The notes below the pieces were generated by a model, which was not told the DNA's origin, made no database searches, and saw nothing but the letters and a program-made list of their open reading frames with translations. The position numbers were made by a program, and so were the translations under genes. DNA of 64,000 bases from Eledone cirrhosa (taxonomy: Eukaryota), in the NCBI GenBank assembly GCA_964016885.1, contig OZ024759.1, positions 5,642,001 to 5,706,000 of the forward strand, in the 5' to 3' direction. Below are positions 41,381 through 55,800 of the stretch, piece after piece. Each line of letters starts with the position of its first letter. Position 1 is the first letter of the stretch.

Positions 41381-44300
41381 CATGGTATTAGCAGTCAGAA
41401 GGAACTCCACTGTTGGTGAGAATTCATTTAAGTTCATGGTATTAGCTGTCAGAAGTAACTCCACTGTTGGTGAGAATTCATTTAAGTTCATGGTATTAGC
41501 TGTCAGAAGTAACTCCACTGTTGGTGAGAATTCATTTAAGTTCATGGTATTAGCTGTCAGAAGTAACTCCACTGTTGGTGAGAATTCATTTAAGTTCATG
41601 GTACTAGCTGTCAGAAGTAACTCCACTGTTGGTGAGAATTCATTTAAGTTCATGGTATTAGCTGTCAGAAGGAACTCCACTGTTGGTGAGAATTCATTTA
41701 AGTTCATGGTATTAGCTGTCAGAAGTAACTCCACTGTTGGTGAGAATTCATTTAAGTTCATGGTACTAGCTGTCAGAAGTAACTCCAATGTTGGTGAGAA
41801 TTCATTTAAGTTCATGGTATTAGCTGTCAGAAGTAACTCCACTGTTGGTGAGAATTCATTTAAGTCATGGTATTAGCCGACAGAAGTAACTCCAATGTTG
41901 GTGAGAATTCATTTAAGTTCATGGTATTAGCTGTCAGAAGTAACTCCACTGTTGGTGAGAATTCATTTAAGTTCATGGTATTAGCTGTCAGAAGTAACTC
42001 CACTGTTGGTGAGAATTCATTTAAGTTCATGGTACTAGCTGTCAGAAGGAACTCCACTGTTGGTGAGAATTCATTTAAGTTCATGGTATTAGCTGTCAGA
42101 AGTAACTCCACTGTTGGTGAGAATTCATTTAAGTCATGGTATTAGCCGTCAGAAGTAACTCCAATGTTGGTGAGAATTCATTTAAGTTCATGGTATTAGC
42201 TGTCAGAAGGAACGCCACTGTTGGTGAGAATTCATTTAAGTTCATGGTATTAGCTGTCAGAAGTAACTCCACTGTTGGTGAGAATTCATTTAAGTTCATG
42301 GTACTAGCTGTCAGAAGTAACTCCACTGTTGGTGAGAATTCATTTAAGTTCATGGTATTAGCTGTCAGAAGGAACTCCACTGTTGGTGAGAATTCATTTA
42401 AGTTCATGGTATTAGCTGTCAGAAGTAACTCCACTGTTGGTGAGAATTCATTTAAGTTCATGGTACTAGCTGCCAGAAGTAACTCCAATGTTGGTGAGAA
42501 TTCATTTAAGTTCATGGTATTAGCTGTCAGAAGTAACTCCACTGTTGGTGAGAATTCATTTAAGTCATGGTATTAGCCGTCAGAAGTAACTCCAATGTGT
42601 GTGAGAATTCATTTAAGTTCATGGTATTAGCTGTCAGAAGTAACTCCACTGTTGGTGAGAATTCATTTAAGTTCATGGTATTAGCTGTCAGAAGTAACTC
42701 CACTGTTGGTGAGAATTCATTTAAGTTCATGGTACTAGCTGTCAGAAGTAACTCCACTGTTGGTGAGAATTCATTTAAGTTCATGATATTAGTTTGTCAG
42801 AAGTAACTCCACTGTTGGTGAGAATTCATTTAAGTCATGGTATTAGTTGTCAGAAGTAACTCCAATGTTGGTGAGAATTCATTTAAGTTCATGGTATTAG
42901 CTGTCAGAAGTAACTCCACTGTTGGTGAGAATTCATTTAAGTTCATTGTATTAGCTGTCAGAAGGAACTCCAATGTTGGTGAGAATTCATTTAAGTCATG
43001 GTACTAGCTGTCAGAAGTAACTCCACTGTTGGTTAGAATTCATTTAAGTTCATGGTATTAGCTGTCAGAAGGAACGCCACTGTTGATGAGAATTCATTTA
43101 AGTTCATGGTATTAGCTGTCAGAAGTAACTCCACTGTTGGTGAGAATTCATTTAAGTTCATGGTACTAGCTGTCAGAAGTAACTCCAATGTTGGTGAGAA
43201 TTCATTTAAGTTCATGGTATTAGCTGTCAGAAGGAACTCCACTGTTGGTGAGAATTCATTTAAGTTCATGGTATTAGCTGTCAGAAGTAACTCCACTGTT
43301 GGTGAGAATTCATTTAAGTTCATGGTACTAGCTGTCAGAAGTAACTGCAATGTTGGTGAGAATTCATTTAAGTTCATGGTACTAGCTGTCAGAAGTAACT
43401 ACACTGTTGGTGAGAATTCATTTAAGTTCATGGTATTAGCTGTCAGAAGTAACTCCAATGTTGGTGAGAATTCATTTAAGTTCATGGTATTAGCTGTCAG
43501 AAGTAACTCCACTGTTGGTGAGAATTCATTTAAGTTCATGGCATTAGCTGTCAGAAGGAACGCCACTGTTGGTGAGAATTCATTTAAGTTCATGGTATTA
43601 GCTGTCAGAAGTAACTCCACTGTTGGTGAGAATTCATTTAAGTTCATGGTATTAGCTGTCAGAAGGAACTCCACTGTTGGTGAGAATTCATTTAAGTTCA
43701 TGGTATTAGCTGTCAGAAGTAACTCCACTGTTGGTGAGAATTCATTTAAGTTCATGGTACTAGCTGTCAGAAGTAACTCCAATGTTGGTGAGAATTCATT
43801 TAAGTTCATGGTATTAGCTGTCAGAAGTAACTCCACTGTTGGTGAGAATTCATTTAAGTCATGGTATTAGCCGTCAGAAGTAACTCCAATGTTGGTGAGA
43901 ATTCATTTAAGTTCATGGTATTAGCTGTCAGAAGTAACTCCACTGTTGGTGAGAATTCATTTAAGTTCATGGTATTAGCTGTCAGAAGTAACTCCACTGT
44001 TGGTGAGAATTCATTTAAGTTCATGGTACTAGCTGTCAGAAGTAACTCCACAGTTGGTGAGAATTCATTTAAGTTCATGGTATTAGTTTGTCAGAAGTAA
44101 CTCCACTGTTGGTGAGAATTCATTTAAGTTCATGGTACTAGCTGTCAGAAGTAACTCCACTGTTGGTGAGAATTCATTTAAGTTCATGATATTAGTTTGT
44201 CAGAAGTAACTCCACTGTTGGTGAGAATTAATTTAAGTCATGGTATTAGTTGTCAGAAGTAACTCCAATGTTGGTGAGAATTCATTTAAGTTCATGGTAT

Positions 44301-46189
44301 TAGCTGTCAGAAGTAACTCCACTGTTGGTGAGAATTCATTTAAGTTCATTGTATTAGCTGTCAGAAGGAACTCCAATGTTGGTGAGAATTCATTTAAGTC
44401 ATGGTACTAGCTGTCAGAAGTAACTCCACTGTTGGTGAGAATTCATTTAAGTTCAGGGTATTAGCTGTCAGAAGGAACGCCACTGTTGGTGAGAATTCAT
44501 TTAAGTTCATGGTATTAGCTGTCAGAAGTAACTCCACTGTTGGTGAGAATTCATTTAAGTTCATGGTACTAGCTGTCAGAAGTAACTCCAATGTTGGTGA
44601 GAATTCATTTAAGTTCATGGTATTAGCTGTCAGAAGGAACTCCACTGTTGGTGAGAATTCATTTAAGTTCATGGTATTAGCTGTCAGAAGTAACTCCACT
44701 GTTGGTGAGAATTCATTTAAGTTCATGGTACTAGCTGTCAGAAGTAACTGCAATGTTGGTGAGAATTCATTTAAGTTCATGGTATTAGCTGTCAGAAGTA
44801 ACTCCACTGTTGGTGAGAATTCATTTAAGTTCATGGTATTAGCTGTCAGAAGGAACGCCACTGTTGGTGAGAATTCATTTAAGTTCATGGTATTAGCTGT
44901 CAGAAGTAACTCCACTGTTGGTGAGAATTCATTTAAGTTCATGGTACTAGCTGTCAGAAGTAACTCCACTGTTGGTGAGAATTCATTTAAGTTCATGGTA
45001 TTAGCTGTCAGAAGGAACTCCACTGTTGGTGAGAATTCATTTAAGTTCATGGTATTAGCTGTCAGAAGTAACTCCACTGTTGGTGAGAATTCATTTAAGT
45101 TCATGGTACTAGCTGTCAGAAGTAACTCCAATGTTGGTGAGAATTCATTTAAGTTCATGGTATTAGCTGTCAGAAGTAACTCCACTGTTGGTGAGAATTC
45201 ATTTAAGTCATGGTATTAGCCGTCAGAAGTAACTCCAATGTTGGTGAGAATTCATTTAAGTTCATGGTATTAGCTGTCAGAAGTAACTCCACTGTTGGTG
45301 AGAATTCATTTAAGTTCATGGTATTAGCTGTCAGAAGTAACTCCACTGTTGGTGAGAATTCATTTAAGTTCATGGTACTAGCTGTCAGAAGTAACTCCAC
45401 AGTTGGTGAGAATTCATTTAAGTTCATGGTATTAGTTTGTCAGAAGTAACTCCACTGTTGGTGAGAATTCATTTAAGTCATGGTATTAGTTGTCAGAAGT
45501 AACTCCAATGTTGGTGAGAATTCATTTAAGTTCATGGTATTAGCTGTCAGAAGTAACTCCACTGTTGGTGAGAATTCATTTAAGTTCATGGTATTAGCTG
45601 TCAGAAGGAACTCTAATGTTGGTGAGAATTCATTTAAGTCATGGTACTAGCTGTCAGAAGTAACTCCACTGTTGGTGAGAATTCATTTAAGTTCATGGTA
45701 TTAGCTGTCAGAAGGAACGCCACTGTTGGTGAGAATTCATTTAAGTTCATGGTATTAGCTGTCAGAAGTAACTCCACTGTTGGTGAGAATTCATTTAAGT
45801 TCATGGTACTATCTGTCAGAAGTAACTCCAATGTTGGTGAGAATTCATTTAAGTTCATGGTATTAGCTGTCAGAAGTAACTCCACTGTTGGTTAGAATTC
45901 ATTTAAGTCATGGTATTAGATGTCAGAAGGAACTCCAATGTTGCTGAGAATTCATTTAAGTTCATGGTATTAGCTGTCAGATGTAACTCCACTGTTGGTG
46001 AGAATTCATTTAAGTTCATGGTATTAGCTGTCAGAAGTAACTCCACTGTTGGTGAGAATTCATTTAAGTTCATGGTACTAGCTGTCAGAAGTAACTACAC
46101 TGTTGGTGAGAATTCATTTAAGTTCATGGTATTAGCTGTCAGAAGTAACTCCAATGTTGGTGAGAATTCATTTAAGTTCATGGTATTAG

Positions 46190-49100
46190 CTGTCAGAAGT
46201 AACTCCACTGTTGGTGAGAATTCATTTAAGTTCATGGTATTAGCTGTCAGAAGGAACGCCACTGTTGGTGAGAATTCATTTAAGTTCATGGTATTAGCTG
46301 TCAGAAGTAACTCCACTGTTGGTGAGAATTCATTTAAGTTCATGGTACTAGCTGTCAGAAGTAACTCCACTGTTGGTGAGAATTCATTTAAGTTCATGGT
46401 ATTAGCTGTCAGAAGGAACTCCACTGTTGGTGAGAATTCATTTAAGTTCATGGTATTAGCTGTCAGAAGTAACTCCACTGTTGGTGAGAATTCATTTAAG
46501 TTCATGGTACTAGCTGTCAGAAGTAACTCCAATGTTGGTGAGAATTCATTTAAGTTCATGGTATTAGCTGTCAGAAGGAACTCCACTGTTGGTGAGAATT
46601 CATTTAAGTTCATGGTATTAGCTGTCAGAAGTAACTCCACTGTTGGTGAGAATTCATTTAAGTTCATGGTACTAGCTGTCAGAAGTAACTCCAATGTTGG
46701 TGAGAATTCATTTAAGTTCATGGTATTAGCTGTCAGAAGTAACTCCACTGTTGGTGAGATTTCATTTAAGTCATGGTATTAGATGTCAGAAGTAACTCCA
46801 ATGTTGCTGAGAATTCATTTAAGTTCATGGTATTAGCTGTCAGAAGTAACTCCACTGTTGGTGAGAATTCATTTAAGTTCATGGTATTAGCTGTCAGAAG
46901 TAACTCCACTGTTGGTGAGAATTCATTTAAGTTCATGGTACTAGCTGTCAGAAGTAACTACACTGTTGGTGAGAATTCATTTAAGTTCATGGTATTAGCT
47001 GTCAGAAGTAACTCCAATGTTGGTGAGAATTCATTTAAGTTCATGGTATTAGCTGTCAGAAGTAACTCCACTGTTGGTGAGAATTCATTTAAGTTCATGG
47101 TATTAGCTGTCAGAAGGAACGCCACTGTTGGTGAGAATTCATTTAAGTTCATGGTATTAGCTGTCAGAAGTAACTCCACTGTTGGTGAGAATTCATTTAA
47201 GTTCATTGTACTAGCTGTCAGAAGTAACTCCACTGTTGGTGAGAATTCATTTAAGTTCATGGTACTAGCTGTCAGAAGTAACTCCAATGTTGGTGAGAAT
47301 TCATTTAAGTTCATGGTATTAGCTGTCAGAAGTAACTCCACTGTTGGTGAGAATTCATTTAAGTCATGGTATTAGCCGTCAGAAGTAACTCCAATGTTGG
47401 TGAGAATTCATTTAAGTTCATGGTATTAGCTGTCAGAAGTAACTCCACTGTTGGTGAGAATTCATTTAAGTTCATGGTATTAGCTGTCAGAAGTAACTCC
47501 ACTGTTGGTGAGAATTCATTTAAGTTCATGGTACTAGCTGTCAGAAGTAACTCCACAGTTGGTGAGAATTCATTTAAGTTCATGGTATTAGTTTGTCAGA
47601 AGTAACTCCACTATTGGTGAGAATTCATTTAAGTCATGGTATTAGTTGTCAGAAGTAACTCCAATGTTGGTGAGAATTCATTTAAGTTCATGGTATTAGC
47701 TGTCAGAAGTAACTCCACTGTTGGTGAGAATTCATTTAAGTTCATTGTATTAGCTGTCAGAAGGAACTCCAATGTTGGTGAGAATTCATTTAAGTTCATG
47801 GTATTAGCTGTCAGAAGTAACTCCACTGTTGGTGAGAATTCATTTAAGTTCATGGTATTAGCTGTCAGAAGGAACGCCACTGTTGGTGAGAATTCATTTA
47901 AGTTCATGGTATTAGCTGTCAGAAGTAACTCCACTGTTGGTGAGAATTCATTTAAGTTCATGGTACTAGCTGTCAGAAGTAACTCCACTGTTGGTGAGAA
48001 TTCATTTAAGTTCATGGTATTAGCTGTCAGAAGGAACTCCACTGTTGGTGAGAATTCATTTAAGTTCATGGTATTAGCTGTCAGAAGTAACTCCACTGTT
48101 GGTGAGAATTCATTTAAGTTCATGGTACTAGCTGTCAGAAGTAACTCCAATGTTGGTGAGAATTCATTTAAGTTCATGGTATTAGCTGTCAGAAGGAACT
48201 CCACTGTTGGTGAGAATTCATTTAAGTTCATGGTATTAGCTGTCAGAAGTAACTCCACTGTTGGTGAGAATTCATTTAAGTTCATGGTACTAGCTGTCAG
48301 AAGTAACTCCAATGGTGGTGAGAATTCATTTAAGTTCATGGTATTAGCTGTCAGAAGTAACTCCACTGTTGGTGAGATTTCATTTAAGTCATGGTATTAG
48401 ATGTCAGAAGTAACTCCAATGTTGCTGAGAATTCATTTAAGTTCATGGTATTAGCTGTCAGAAGTAACTCCACTGTTGGTGAGAATTCATTTAAGTTCAT
48501 GGTATTAGCTGTCAGAAGTAACTCCACTGTTGGTGAGAATTCATTTAAGTTCATGGTACTAGCTGTCAGAAGTAACTACACTGTTGGTGAGAATTCATTT
48601 AAGTTCATGGTATTAGCTGTCAGAAGTAACTCCAATGTTGGTGAGAATTCATTTAAGTTCATGGTATTAGCTGTCAGAAGTAACTCCACTGTTGGTGAGA
48701 ATTCATTTAAGTTCATGGTATTAGCTGTCAGAAGGAACGCCACTGTTGGTGAGAATTCATTTAAGTTCATGGTATTAGCTGTCAGAAGTAACTCCACTGT
48801 TGGTGAGAATTCATTTAAGTTCATTGTACTAGCTGTCAGAAGTAACTCCACTGTTGGTGAGAATTCATTTAAGTTCATGGTACTAGCTGTCAGAAGTAAC
48901 TCCAATGTTGGTGAGAATTCATTTAAGTTCATGGTATTAGCTGTCAGAAGTAACTCCACTGTTGGTGAGAATTCATTTAAGTCATGGTATTAGCCGTCAG
49001 AAGTAACTCCAATGTTGGTGAGAATTCATTTAAGTTCATGGTATTAGCTGTCAGAAGTAACTCCACTGTTGGTGAGAATTCATTTAAGTTCATGGTATTA

Positions 49101-49400
49101 GCTGTCAGAAGTAACTCCACTGTTGGTGAGAATTCATTTAAGTTCATGGTACTAGCTGTCAGAAGTAACTCCACAGTTGGTGAGAATTCATTTAAGTTCA
49201 TGGTATTAGTTTGTCAGAAGTAACTCCACTGTTGGTGAGAATTCATTTAAGTCATGGTATTAGTTGTCAGAAGTAACTCCAATGTTGGTGAGAATTCATT
49301 TAAGTTCATGGTATTAGCTGTCAGAAGTAACTCCACTGTTGGTGAGAATTCATTTAAGTTCATTGTATTAGCTGTCAGAAGGAACTCCAATGTTGGTGAG
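46190..49400 (+). repeat. Tandem duplication, 1618-bp period (30 monomers)
   Basis: The EcoRI-destroying variant GAGATTTC occurs at 46760 and 48378. Blocks match at 46773/48391 and 47366/48984. Confidence 0.88.
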
Positions 49401-52390
49401 AATTCATTTAAGTCATGGTACTAGCTGTCAGAAGTAACTCCACTGTTGGTGAGAATTCATTTAAGTTCATGGTATTAGCTGTCAGAAGGAACGCCACTGT
49501 TGGTGAGAATTCATTTAAGTTCATGGTATTAGCTGTCAGAAGTAACTCCACTGTTGGTGAGAATTCATTTAAGTTCATGGTACTAGCTGTCAGAAGTAAC
49601 TCCAATGTTGGTGAGAATTCATTTAAGTTCATGGTATTAGCTGTCAGAAGTAACTCCACTGTTGGTGAGAATTCATTTAAGTCATGGTATTAGCCGTCAG
49701 AAGTAACTCCAATGTTGGTGAGAATTCATTTAAGTTCATGGTATTAGCTGTCAGAAGTAACTCCACTGTTGGTGAGAATTCATTTAAGTTCATGGTATTA
49801 GCTGTCAGAAGTAACTCCACTGTTGGTGAGAATTCATTTAAGTTCATGGTACTAGCTGTCAGAAGTAACTCCACAGTTGGTGAGAATTCATTTAAGTTCA
49901 TGGTATTAGTTTGTCAGAAGTAACTCCACTGTTGGTGAGAATTCATTTAAGTCATGGTATTAGTTGTCAGAAGTAACTCCAATGTTGGTGAGAATTCATT
50001 TAAGTTCATGGTATTAGCTGTCAGAAGTAACTCCACTGTTGGTGAGAATTCATTTAAGTTCATGGTATTAGCTGTCAGAAGGAACTCCAATGTTGGTGAG
50101 AATTCATTTAAGTCATGGTACTAGCTGTCAGAAGTAACTCCACTGTTGGTGAGAATTCATTTAAGTTCATGGTATTAGCTGTCAGAAGGAACGCCACTGT
50201 TGGTGAGAATTCATTTAAGTTCATGGTATTAGCTGTCAGAAGTAACTCCACTGTTGGTGAGAATTCATTTAAGTTCATGGTACTATCTGTCAGAAGTAAC
50301 TCCAATGTTGGTGAGAATTCATTTAAGTTCATGGTATTAGCTGTCAGAAGTAACTCCACTGTTGGTTAGAATTCATTTAAGTCATGGTATTAGATGTCAG
50401 AAGGAACTCCAATGTTGCTGAGAATTCATTTAAGTTCATGGTATTAGCTGTCAGATGTAACTCCACTGTTGGTGAGAATTCATTTAAGTTCATGGTATTA
50501 GCTGTCAGAAGTAACTCCACTGTTGGTGAGAATTCATTTAAGTTCATGGTACTAGCTGTCAGAAGTAACTACACTGTTGGTGAGAATTCATTTAAGTTCA
50601 TGGTATTAGCTGTCAGAAGTAACTCCAATGTTGGTGAGAATTCATTTAAGTTCATGGTATTAGCTGTCAGAAGTAACTCCACTGTTGGTGAGAATTCATT
50701 TAAGTTCATGGTATTAGCTGTCAGAAGGAACGCCACTGTTGGTGAGAATTCATTTAAGTTCATGGTATTAGCTGTCAGAAGTAACTCCACTGTTGGTGAG
50801 AATTCATTTAAGTTCATGGTACTAGCTGTCAGAAGTAACTCCACTGTTGGTGAGAATTCATTTAAGTTCATGGTATTAGCTGTCAGAAGGAACTCCAATG
50901 TTGGTGAGAATTCATTTAAGTCATGGTACTAGCTGTCAGAAGTAACTCCACTGTTGGTGAGAATTCATTTAAGTTCATGGTATTAGCTGTCAGAAGGAAC
51001 GCCACTGTTGGTGAGAATTCATTTAAGTTCATGGTATTAGCTGTCAGAAGTAACTCCACTGTTGGTGAGAATTCATTTAAGTTCATGGTACTAGCTGTCA
51101 GAAGTAACTCCAATGTTGGTGAGAATTCATTTAAGTTCATGGTATTAGCTGTCAGAAGTAACTCCACTGTTGGTGAGAATTCATTTAAGTCATGGTATTA
51201 GCCGTCAGAAGTAACTCCAATGTTGGTGAGAATTCATTTAAGTTCATGGTATTAGCTGTCAGAAGTAACTCCACTGTTGGTGAGAATTCATTTAAGTTCA
51301 TGGTATTAGCTGTCAGAAGTAACTCCACTGTTGGTGAGAATTCATTTAAGTTCATGGTACTAGCTGTCAGAAGTAACTCCACAGTTGGTGAGAATTCATT
51401 TAAGTTCATGGTATTAGTTTGTCAGAAGTAACTCCACTGTTGGTGAGAATTCATTTAAGTCATGGTATTAGTTGTCAGAAGTAACTCCAATGTTGGTGAG
51501 AATTCATTTAAGTTCATGGTATTAGCTGTCAGAAGTAACTCCACTGTTGGTGAGAATTCATTTAAGTTCATGGTATTAGCTGTCAGAAGGAACTCCAATG
51601 TTGGTGAGAATTCATTTAAGTCATGGTACTAGCTGTCAGAAGTAACTCCACTGTTGGTGAGAATTCATTTAAGTTCATGGTATTAGCTGTCAGAAGGAAC
51701 GCCACTGTTGGTGAGAATTCATTTAAGTTCATGGTATTAGCTGTCAGAAGTAACTCCACTGTTGGTGAGAATTCATTTAAGTTCATGGTACTATCTGTCA
51801 GAAGTAACTCCAATGTTGGTGAGAATTCATTTAAGTTCATGGTATTAGCTGTCAGAAGTAACTCCACTGTTGGTTAGAATTCATTTAAGTCATGGTATTA
51901 GATGTCAGAAGGAACTCCAATGTTGCTGAGAATTCATTTAAGTTCATGGTATTAGCTGTCAGATGTAACTCCACTGTTGGTGAGAATTCATTTAAGTTCA
52001 TGGTATTAGCTGTCAGAAGTAACTCCACTGTTGGTGAGAATTCATTTAAGTTCATGGTACTAGCTGTCAGAAGTAACTACACTGTTGGTGAGAATTCATT
52101 TAAGTTCATGGTATTAGCTGTCAGAAGTAACTCCAATGTTGGTGAGAATTCATTTAAGTTCATGGTATTAGCTGTCAGAAGTAACTCCACTGTTGGTGAG
52201 AATTCATTTAAGTTCATGGTATTAGCTGTCAGAAGGAACGCCACTGTTGGTGAGAATTCATTTAAGTTCATGGTATTAGCTGTCAGAAGTAACTCCACTG
52301 TTGGTGAGAATTCATTTAAGTTCATGGTACTAGCTGTCAGAAGTAACTCCACTGTTGGTGAGAATTCATTTAAGTTCATGGTATTAGCTG
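49370..52390 (+). repeat. Tandem duplication, 1508-bp period (28 monomers)
   Basis: Blocks match at 49415/50923, 49684/51192, 50115/51623 and 50384/51892. Markers are CTATCTG, GGTTAG, GATGTCAGAAGG and AGATGTAAC; an earlier copy of the marker cluster lies at 45641-46000. Confidence 0.88.
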
Positions 52391-55300
52391 TCAGAAGGAA
52401 CTCCACTGTTGGTGAGAATTCATATAAGTTCATGGTATTAGCTGTCAGAAGTAACTCCACTGTTGGTGAGAATTCATTTAAGTTCATGGTACTAGCTGTC
52501 AGAAGTAACTCCAATGTTGGTGAGAATTCATTTAAGTTCATGGTATTAGCTGTCAGAAGTAACTCCACTGTTGGTGAGAATTCATTTAAGTCATGGTATT
52601 AGCCGTCAGAAGTAACTCCACTGTTGGTGAGAATTCATTTAAGTTCATGGTATTAGCTGTCAGAAGTAACTCCACTGTTGGTGAGAATTCATTTAAGTTC
52701 ATGGTACTAGCTGTCAGAAGTAACTCCAATGTTGGTGAGAATTCATTTAAGTTCATGGTATTAGCTGTCAGAAGTAACTCCACTGTTGGTGAGAATTCAT
52801 TTAAGTCATGGTATTAGATGTCAGAAGTAACTCCAATGTTGCTGAGAATTCATTTAAGTTCATGGTATTAGCTGTCAGAAGTAACTCCACTGTTGGTGAG
52901 AATTCATTTAAGTTCATGGTACTAGCTGTCAGAAGTAACTACACTGTTGGTGAGAATTCATTTAAGTTCATGGTATTAGCTGTCAGAAGTAACTCCAATG
53001 TTGGTGAGAATTCATTTAAGTTCATGGTATTAGCTGTCAGAAGTAACTCCACTGTTGGTGAGAATTCATTTAAGTTCATGGTACTAGCTGTCAGAAGTAA
53101 CTCCAATGTTGGTGAGAATTCATTTAAGTTCATGGTATTAGCTGTCAGAAGGAACTCCACTGTTGGTGAGAATTCATTTAAGTTCATGGTATTAGCTGTC
53201 AGAAATAACTCCACTGTTGGTGAGAATTCATTTAAGTTCATGGTACTAGCTGTCAGAAGTAACTCCAATGTTGGTGAGAATTCATTTAAGTTCATGGTAT
53301 TAGCTGTCAGAAGTAACTCCACTGTTGGTGAGATTTCATTTAAGTCATGGTATTAGATGTCAGAAGTAACTCCAATGTTGCTGAGAATTCATTTAAGTTC
53401 ATGGCATTAGCTGTCAGAAGTAACTCCACTGTTGGTGAGAATTCATTTAAGTTCATGGTATTAGCTGTCAGAAGTAACTCCACTGTTGGTGAGAATTCAT
53501 TTAAGTTCATGGTACTAGCTGTCAGAAGTAACTACACTGTTGGTGAGAATTCATTTAAGTTCATGGTATTAGCTGTCAGAAGTAACTCCAATGTTGGTGA
53601 GAATTCATTTAAGTTCATGGTATTAGCTGTCAGAAGTAACTCCACTGTTGGTGAGAATTCATTTAAGTTCATGGTATTAGCTGTCAGAAGGAACGCCACT
53701 GTTGGTGAGAATTCATTTAAGTTCATGGTATTAGCTGTCAGAAGTAACTCCACTGTTGGTGAGAATTCATTTAAGTTCATTGTACTAGCTGTCAGAAGTA
53801 ACTCCACTGTTGGTGAGAATTCATTTAAGTTCATGGTACTAGCTGTCAGAAGTAACTCCAATGTTGGTGAGAATTCATTTAAGTTCATGGTATTAGCTGT
53901 CAGAAGTAACTCCACTGTTGGTGAGAATTCATTTAAGTCATGGTATTAGCCGTCAGAAGTAACTCCAATGTTGGTGAGAATTCATTTAAGTTCATGGTAT
54001 TAGCTGTCAGAAGTAACTCCACTGTTGGTGAGAATTCATTTAAGTTCATGGTATTAGCTGTCAGAAGTAACTCCACTGTTGGTGAGAATTCATTTAAGTT
54101 CATGGTACTAGCTGTCAGAAGTAACTACACTGTTGGTGAGAATTCATTTAAGTTCATGGTATTAGCTGTCAGAAGTAACTCCAATGTTGGTGAGAATTCA
54201 TTTAAGTTCATGGTATTAGCTGTCAGAAGTAACTCCACTGTTGGTGAGAATTCATTTAAGTTCATGGTATTAGCTGTCAGAAGGAACGCCACTGTTGGTG
54301 AGAATTCATTTAAGTTCATGGTATTAGCTGTCAGAAGTAACTCCACTGTTGGTGAGAATTCATTTAAGTTCATGGTACTAGCTGTCAGAAGTAACTCCAC
54401 TGTTGGTGAGAATTCATTTAAGTTCATGGTATTAGCTGTCAGAAGGAACTCCACTGTTGGTGAGAATTCATTTAAGTTCATGGTATTAGCTGTCAGAAGT
54501 AACTCCACTGTTGGTGAGAATTCATTTAAGTTCATGGTACTAGCTGTCAGAAGTAACTCCAATGTTGGTGAGAATTCATTTAAGTTCATGGTATTAGCTG
54601 TCAGAAGTAACTCCACTGTTGGTGAGAATTCATTTAAGTCATGGTATTAGCCGTCAGAAGTAACTCCACTGTTGGTGAGAATTCATTTAAGTTCATGGTA
54701 TTAGCTGTCAGAAGTAACTCCACTGTTGGTGAGAATTCATTTAAGTTCATGGTACTAGCTGTCAGAAGTAACTCCAATGTTGGTGAGAATTCATTTAAGT
54801 TCATGGTATTAGCTGTCAGAAGTAACTCCACTGTTGGTGAGAATTCATTTAAGTCATGGTATTAGATGTCAGAAGTAACTCCAATGTTGCTGAGAATTCA
54901 TTTAAGTTCATGGTATTAGCTGTCAGAAGTAACTCCACTGTTGGTGAGAATTCATTTAAGTTCATGGTACTAGCTGTCAGAAGTAACTACACTGTTGGTG
55001 AGAATTCATTTAAGTTCATGGTATTAGCTGTCAGATGTAACTCCAATGTTGGTGAGAATTCATTTAAGTTCATGGTATTAGCTGTCAGAAGTAACTCCAC
55101 TGTTAGTGAGAATTCATTTAAGTTCATGGTACTAGCTGTCAGAAGTAACTCCAATGTTGGTGAGAATTCATTTAAGTTCATGGTATTAGCTGTCAGAAGG
55201 AACTCCACTGTTGGTGAGAATTCATTTAAGTTCATGGTATTAGCTGTCAGAAGTAACTCCACTGTTGGTGAGAATTCATTTAAGTTCATGGAACTAGCTG

Positions 55301-55800
55301 TCAGAAGTAACTCCAATGTTGGTGAGAATTCATTTAAGTTCATGGTATTAGCTGTCAGAAGTAACTCCACTGTTGGTGAGAATTCATTTAAGTCATGGTA
55401 TTAGATGTCAGAAGTAACTCCAATGTTGCTGAGAATTCATTTAAGTTCATGGTATTAGCAGTCAGAAGTAACTCCACTGTTGGTGAGAATTCATTTAAGT
55501 TCATGGTATTAGCTGTCAGAAGTAACTCCACTGTTGGTGAGAATTCATTTAAGTTCATGGTACTAGCTGTCAGAAGTAACTACACTGTTGGTGAGAATTC
55601 ATTTAAGTTCATGGTATTAGCTGTCAGAAGTAACTCCAATGTTGGTGAGAATTCATTTAAGTTCATGGTATTAGCTGTCAGAAGTAACTCCACTGTTGGT
55701 GAGAATTCATTTAAGTTCATGGTATTAGCTGTCAGAAGGAACGCCACTGTTGGTGAGAATTCATTTAAGTTCATGGTATTAGCTGTCAGAAGTAACTCCA
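52000..55800 (+). repeat. Tandem duplication, 2048-bp period (38 monomers), copies carry several private SNPs
   Basis: Blocks match at 52593/54641, 52808/54856 and 53347/55395. The unusual GCCGTC + ACT monomer occurs only at 52593 and 54641. Confidence 0.8.
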
